Source of the DNA: a virus
IMG/VR virus record: IMGVR_UViG_3300025093_001713
Span: 1-37,747 of that record
Length of the DNA stretch: 37,747 bases
Reading direction: 5' to 3' (one strand)
The notes beneath the pieces are model-generated. The model saw only the letters and a program-made list of their open reading frames with translations. It was not told the origin of the DNA and did no database searches. The position numbers and the translations under genes are program-made. Shown piece after piece: positions 32,882-37,747 of the stretch. Positions within the stretch are counted from its first letter, which is position 1; each line of letters starts with the position of its first letter.

Positions 32882-33504
32882 ATAACGCCTTTTATTTGCA
32901 GGACACCCGCACCAACACCGGTACCCGAGCCATGTTCTGGAGTAAACACGGCGGCTACACCTCCAGCCTGAGAGACGCCGAGGAGTTCACCTGGGAGAAG
33001 GCTGTCAGCCAGTATCAATCCCGCGAAACAGATCTGCCCTGGCCAAAGGCACACGTCGACGCTCGCGCGCAGACCAGCGTGGATTTCCAGTACCTGAACG
33101 CGCAGGCCGCTGCTGCAGAGATCGACCATGAATCGATCTTCTTTGTCGCCTATCCACGGCAATGGGATGGCAACGATCTGGTTTGGCGCGATGACTTGGG
33201 AAAACCAACGGCCAATCTTAATGGGGCAATACGGCCAAATGGCAGTGAAGCTGCCGCCTACTACCAGGAACTTGGATTTGAGCTATGGCCCGCTGGATAC
33301 ATTCTTGAGAAAAGCCGAAAAGTGGTGGTCGCATCGGATCTGGATATCAAGCAGGCAATGCGCGAAGCCGGCGTGAAACTGCCCAAGATCAAACGTCATC
33401 GGATCCGCAAACAACGATTCAACTGCGAAGGCTGCGGCAGATTCCTTAATGAACGCCAACGCTACTGTGGATGCGATAACTGTGGAGAGAGCAATTCGCC
33501 ATGA
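32878..33504 (+). CDS. Hypothetical protein with a C-terminal zinc-ribbon-like motif (MNNAFYL...)
   Basis: 208 aa, with C-terminal CEGCGRF...CGCDNCG. Confidence 0.6.
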   Translation: MNNAFYLQDTRTNTGTRAMFWSKHGGYTSSLRDAEEFTWEKAVSQYQSRETDLPWPKAHVDARAQTSVDFQYLNAQAAAAEIDHESIFFVAYPRQWDGNDLVWRDDLGKPTANLNGAIRPNGSEAAAYYQELGFELWPAGYILEKSRKVVVASDLDIKQAMREAGVKLPKIKRHRIRKQRFNCEGCGRFLNERQRYCGCDNCGESNSP

Positions 33505-33737
33505 TCACCCAAATCGGCATCACCCTATTCAGCCTGATCGCCATCTACCTCACCCAGGACAAACGCCTCGAGCGCCGCCGCTGGGCCAGCGTCTTCGGCC
33601 TGATCAGCCAACCATTCTGGTTCTATGCCTCGGTCACCACCGAACAGTGGGGCATCTTCCTGCTGTCGCTGCTGTACACGGCAGTGTGGGCCAAGGGCTT
33701 CTATATTCACTGGATCGCACAACCGGAGGTGGTCTGA
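33501..33737 (+). CDS. Small integral membrane protein (three hydrophobic helices)
   Basis: 78 aa with coupled start and stop. It vaguely resembles a PnuC-like fragment; this is from memory only. Confidence 0.55.
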   Translation: MITQIGITLFSLIAIYLTQDKRLERRRWASVFGLISQPFWFYASVTTEQWGIFLLSLLYTAVWAKGFYIHWIAQPEVV

Positions 33738-34177
33738 TGCCCTTGCCATACCAGGACGCCAAGGCCGGTACCCGCGCCTTCGACGAGATCCAGAAAACGC
33801 TTGATCACTTCGGATGCGATCGCTTCGGCTCGATGCAGGACAAAGGCCGGCAGGAAACCATCGTCCAGTTCAGCTATCAAGGCCGTGACGTGCTGATGAA
33901 AGTGAGCTGGGGCGGTTACGCCAGCCTCTGGCTCAAAGAGAACCCCTGGTCGTCACGCCGGCAACTGGACAAAGACGGCTGGAATAAGAAAGCCATGGAC
34001 GTTGCCCAGGGCGCGGTATGCTCGCTGCTGCGCGACTGGATCAAGGCACAGGTCACCGCCGTGGCCTGCGGCGTCCGGACGTTCGAGGAGGCATTCATGC
34101 CAGACCTCATGCTGCCCAACGGCCAGCGCCTGATCGAGGTGGTGCACAACCAGAAGATGCTGGAGAGTAAGCCATGA
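33737..34177 (+). CDS. Hypothetical early protein
   Basis: 146 aa from the ATG at 33737, which overlaps the previous stop (TGATG). Confidence 0.55.
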   Translation: MPLPYQDAKAGTRAFDEIQKTLDHFGCDRFGSMQDKGRQETIVQFSYQGRDVLMKVSWGGYASLWLKENPWSSRRQLDKDGWNKKAMDVAQGAVCSLLRDWIKAQVTAVACGVRTFEEAFMPDLMLPNGQRLIEVVHNQKMLESKP

Positions 34178-34356
34178 CGTTTGGAACTTATTTAGCTATC
34201 TCTTTGGTAATGATGGTCATGGATTCAGCAATCTGCCTGACTTCAAACGAGCGTTACCGAGTCGTCCCATCTCTACTGCTCTCTTTGATCTGGCCATTTA
34301 CAGCTTTATGCGCCATCTACTACGCATGGCGTCATAGCCGGAATCTGAAGCCATGA
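34174..34356 (+). CDS. Small AT-rich two-helix membrane protein
   Basis: 60 aa, coupled at both ends (ATGA). It is visibly more AT-rich than either neighbour. Confidence 0.5.
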   Translation: MTFGTYLAISLVMMVMDSAICLTSNERYRVVPSLLLSLIWPFTALCAIYYAWRHSRNLKP

Positions 34357-34574
34357 TGGTGGATCCAGCCGTAAAGCCCATCAAACAGCAGCTGCTCGAG
34401 CTCGAAGCGCAGGCCTGGTTGCAGAAAGGCTACAACAACCCCACCGGCATCGAGCAACTACGCGAGCAGCTCAAGGCCCACCGGTCGCAGGCGAACATAA
34501 ACAACCTGGTGGATGAAATGCGCCGGCAGTGGACGCGCCGGCGCGAGTGGATGACCGACGGTGGCTCTGGATGA
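34353..34574 (+). CDS. Hypothetical small protein
   Basis: 73 aa, helical and charged, with coupled start and stop. Confidence 0.5.
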   Translation: MMVDPAVKPIKQQLLELEAQAWLQKGYNNPTGIEQLREQLKAHRSQANINNLVDEMRRQWTRRREWMTDGGSG

Positions 34575-34694
34575 AAAGCAAAGCGGCTATCATGTCCCGA
34601 CTTACCCCGGGCCAGATCCAGTTGCTATCGCTACTCGCAGACGTAGCGGTCGATCGCTGGCTGGCCCAACCGGCCAACCAGAGCGATAGAAATA

Positions 34695-36309
<1,615 letters not shown>

Positions 36310-36321
36310 TCTGAGGGCGCC

Positions 36322-36349
36322 ATTCTACTCATTGGCGGAGGGCTGTCAA
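36322..36349 (-). promoter_or_regulatory. Sigma70-type promoter of the tRNA-fMet gene
   Basis: On the minus strand: TTGACA (36349-36344), a 16-nt spacer, TAGAAT (36327-36322), then the GC-rich discriminator GGCGCC. The -10 lies 12 nt upstream of the mature tRNA 5' end. Confidence 0.6.
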
Positions 36350-36553
36350 GCGATTGAACAGAAAAGATTTTTTCCTCGCGGGTTATGCCTGGGTAAGGTC
36401 CGCTCCGTGATCAGGGCAAACAGCTCGCCAGGCCCCGCGTTCTTTGATGTGCGTCACAATGCCATCATCGCTACTTGGCTAAAATGCCAACTCTGGCGTA
36501 TGCTCCGATTGGAGCAAGCATCCTGAAAATAATAACAGTCGCCTGATGCGACG

Positions 36554-37747
36554 GTGGAGTCCAAGGTGACCAAAGCAACAGACACCTATGCCCTGTCTGC
36601 CTGGCGTGGCGAATTTGTTTTTAAAGAGACCGAGCAGGCCTATCGTGAGCACGTCAAGGAGGAAACCGCCCGCCACCTGATAGTGGCCCTGCGTGTATGG
36701 GCAGGATTGCTGGTCACCTTCGGCTGGTTGGATTATATCGCCCTGGGCATGAGCGAAGGCTTTTATCACCTGATGGGTATGCGGTTGTTTTCCGCGACCA
36801 TGGTGCTGATCTTCTCCGCGGTGATCAAGTATCGTCCCGGGCTGGCCCGTGACGGTGTTGGTGTGACCATCATCGAGGTGCTCGGCTTCTTCCTCTTCTT
36901 TATGATCTATTTCGTACGGCCGGACATCACCACCTGGAATATAGGGGTCACGGTCATTCTGCTGATCAGTATCTATATTTTCGTTCCCAACCGGATCGTC
37001 AATTCCAACCTGGTATCACTGTTCGGGATCCTCGGGACTCTCTACTGTGTTGCTCTGAACGGAGCCGAGCCCAGACTCCTGATAGGCCTGTTCTTCCTGC
37101 TCGGCCTGCCTACGACTATCGGTTACTTTGCCGGTGTCAGACTTAACCTGGGCAAGCGTCATCAATATGCCCTGTTCATGGAAACAGTGCAGGTCAACCA
37201 GTCCCTGCAGGCGGAGATCAAGCGCCGTGAAGCGCTCGAAGTCGAGCTCAAGCTTCAGGCGACCACCGATCCGCTGACCGGGCTGCTCAATCGCCGGCAA
37301 TACGAAAACCTGTTCTCCCGTGAGCAGGAGCGGGTAAAGCGCCATGGCAGCAAGCTGTCACTGTGCGTTGCCGATCTGGACCATTTCAAGAGGGTCAATG
37401 ACGAGCATGGTCACGACGCCGGTGACCAGGTGCTCAAGCACATTTCCGATCTTTTCGTGGACACGCTCCGGCATACGGACATCGTCGGGCGCTTTGGTGG
37501 CGAGGAGTTTATCCTGCTGTTGCCTGATACCGATCTCGACAATGCGCTGACGGTCATCAGCCGGCTGCGCGAGAAGCTGCAGGCCAGCCCGGTGAATGTG
37601 GGAGACAAGGTGCTCCAGGTTACCGCGACTTTTGCGGTCACGGAGGTGGTAGCAGAGGATGCCACCATCGAGGACGTGATTCGTCGCGCCGACAAGGCGC
37701 TCTACCAGGGCAAGGAGGCAGGCCGGAACCAGGTGGTGGCGAGCTGA
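36554..37747 (+). CDS. Membrane-bound diguanylate cyclase (GGDEF domain), host gene
   Basis: The N-terminal ~200 aa contain about six hydrophobic helices. The C-terminus has a GGDEF domain with the active-site motif GGEEF and an RxxD I-site (RHTD) five residues upstream. The start is a GTG at 36554 or at 36566; the latter has a GGTGGAG RBS. Confidence 0.88.
   Translation: MESKVTKATDTYALSAWRGEFVFKETEQAYREHVKEETARHLIVALRVWAGLLVTFGWLDYIALGMSEGFYHLMGMRLFSATMVLIFSAVIKYRPGLARDGVGVTIIEVLGFFLFFMIYFVRPDITTWNIGVTVILLISIYIFVPNRIVNSNLVSLFGILGTLYCVALNGAEPRLLIGLFFLLGLPTTIGYFAGVRLNLGKRHQYALFMETVQVNQSLQAEIKRREALEVELKLQATTDPLTGLLNRRQYENLFSREQERVKRHGSKLSLCVADLDHFKRVNDEHGHDAGDQVLKHISDLFVDTLRHTDIVGRFGGEEFILLLPDTDLDNALTVISRLREKLQASPVNVGDKVLQVTATFAVTEVVAEDATIEDVIRRADKALYQGKEAGRNQVVAS

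Overview
The window is mostly one nearly complete P2-like (Peduovirinae-type) myovirus prophage in a high-GC proteobacterial genome. It runs from the stop codon of the portal gene (nt 1) to an integrase/tRNA junction near 36.2 kb. Host DNA follows: an initiator tRNA-Met on the minus strand and a membrane-bound GGDEF diguanylate cyclase. Gene order: Q-P (minus) | O N M L X, a lysis cassette (two holin-like membrane proteins, a PG-binding muramidase, Rz/Rz1-type spanins), R S | V W J I, two AT-rich inserted receptor-binding-type genes, H G | FI FII E/E+E' T U D | a minus-strand lysogeny operon (XRE repressor plus three AT-rich cargo genes) | a rightward early operon (Cro/Ner-like protein, two small RHH-like proteins, Ogr/Delta zinc-finger activator, Toprim primase-helicase, about a dozen small unknown ORFs) | a large serine recombinase whose ORF ends inside the tRNA gene. 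All homology calls come from my memory of family motifs plus gene order; no searches were run. The best candidate for an undescribed system is the AT-rich three-gene cassette at 23684-25583 (lipoprotein, a small protein resembling the repressor C-terminal tail, and a membrane-anchored coiled-coil protein). It lies co-oriented directly downstream of the prophage repressor, where a lysogen-expressed exclusion or defence module would be expected. Second is the AT-rich island at 12394-15344 inside the tail-fibre module, encoding a BNR/sialidase-fold tailspike-like protein and a 7-bladed beta-propeller protein. Other observations: a serine integrase using tRNA-fMet, three TGT-N13-ACA sites in front of the O, V and FI operons, a canonical T TTT TTG E/E' frameshift site, an o-spanin frame with no stop where expected, repeated gene-junction sequences in the early region, and an operator palindrome between the -35 and -10 of the putative lytic promoter.
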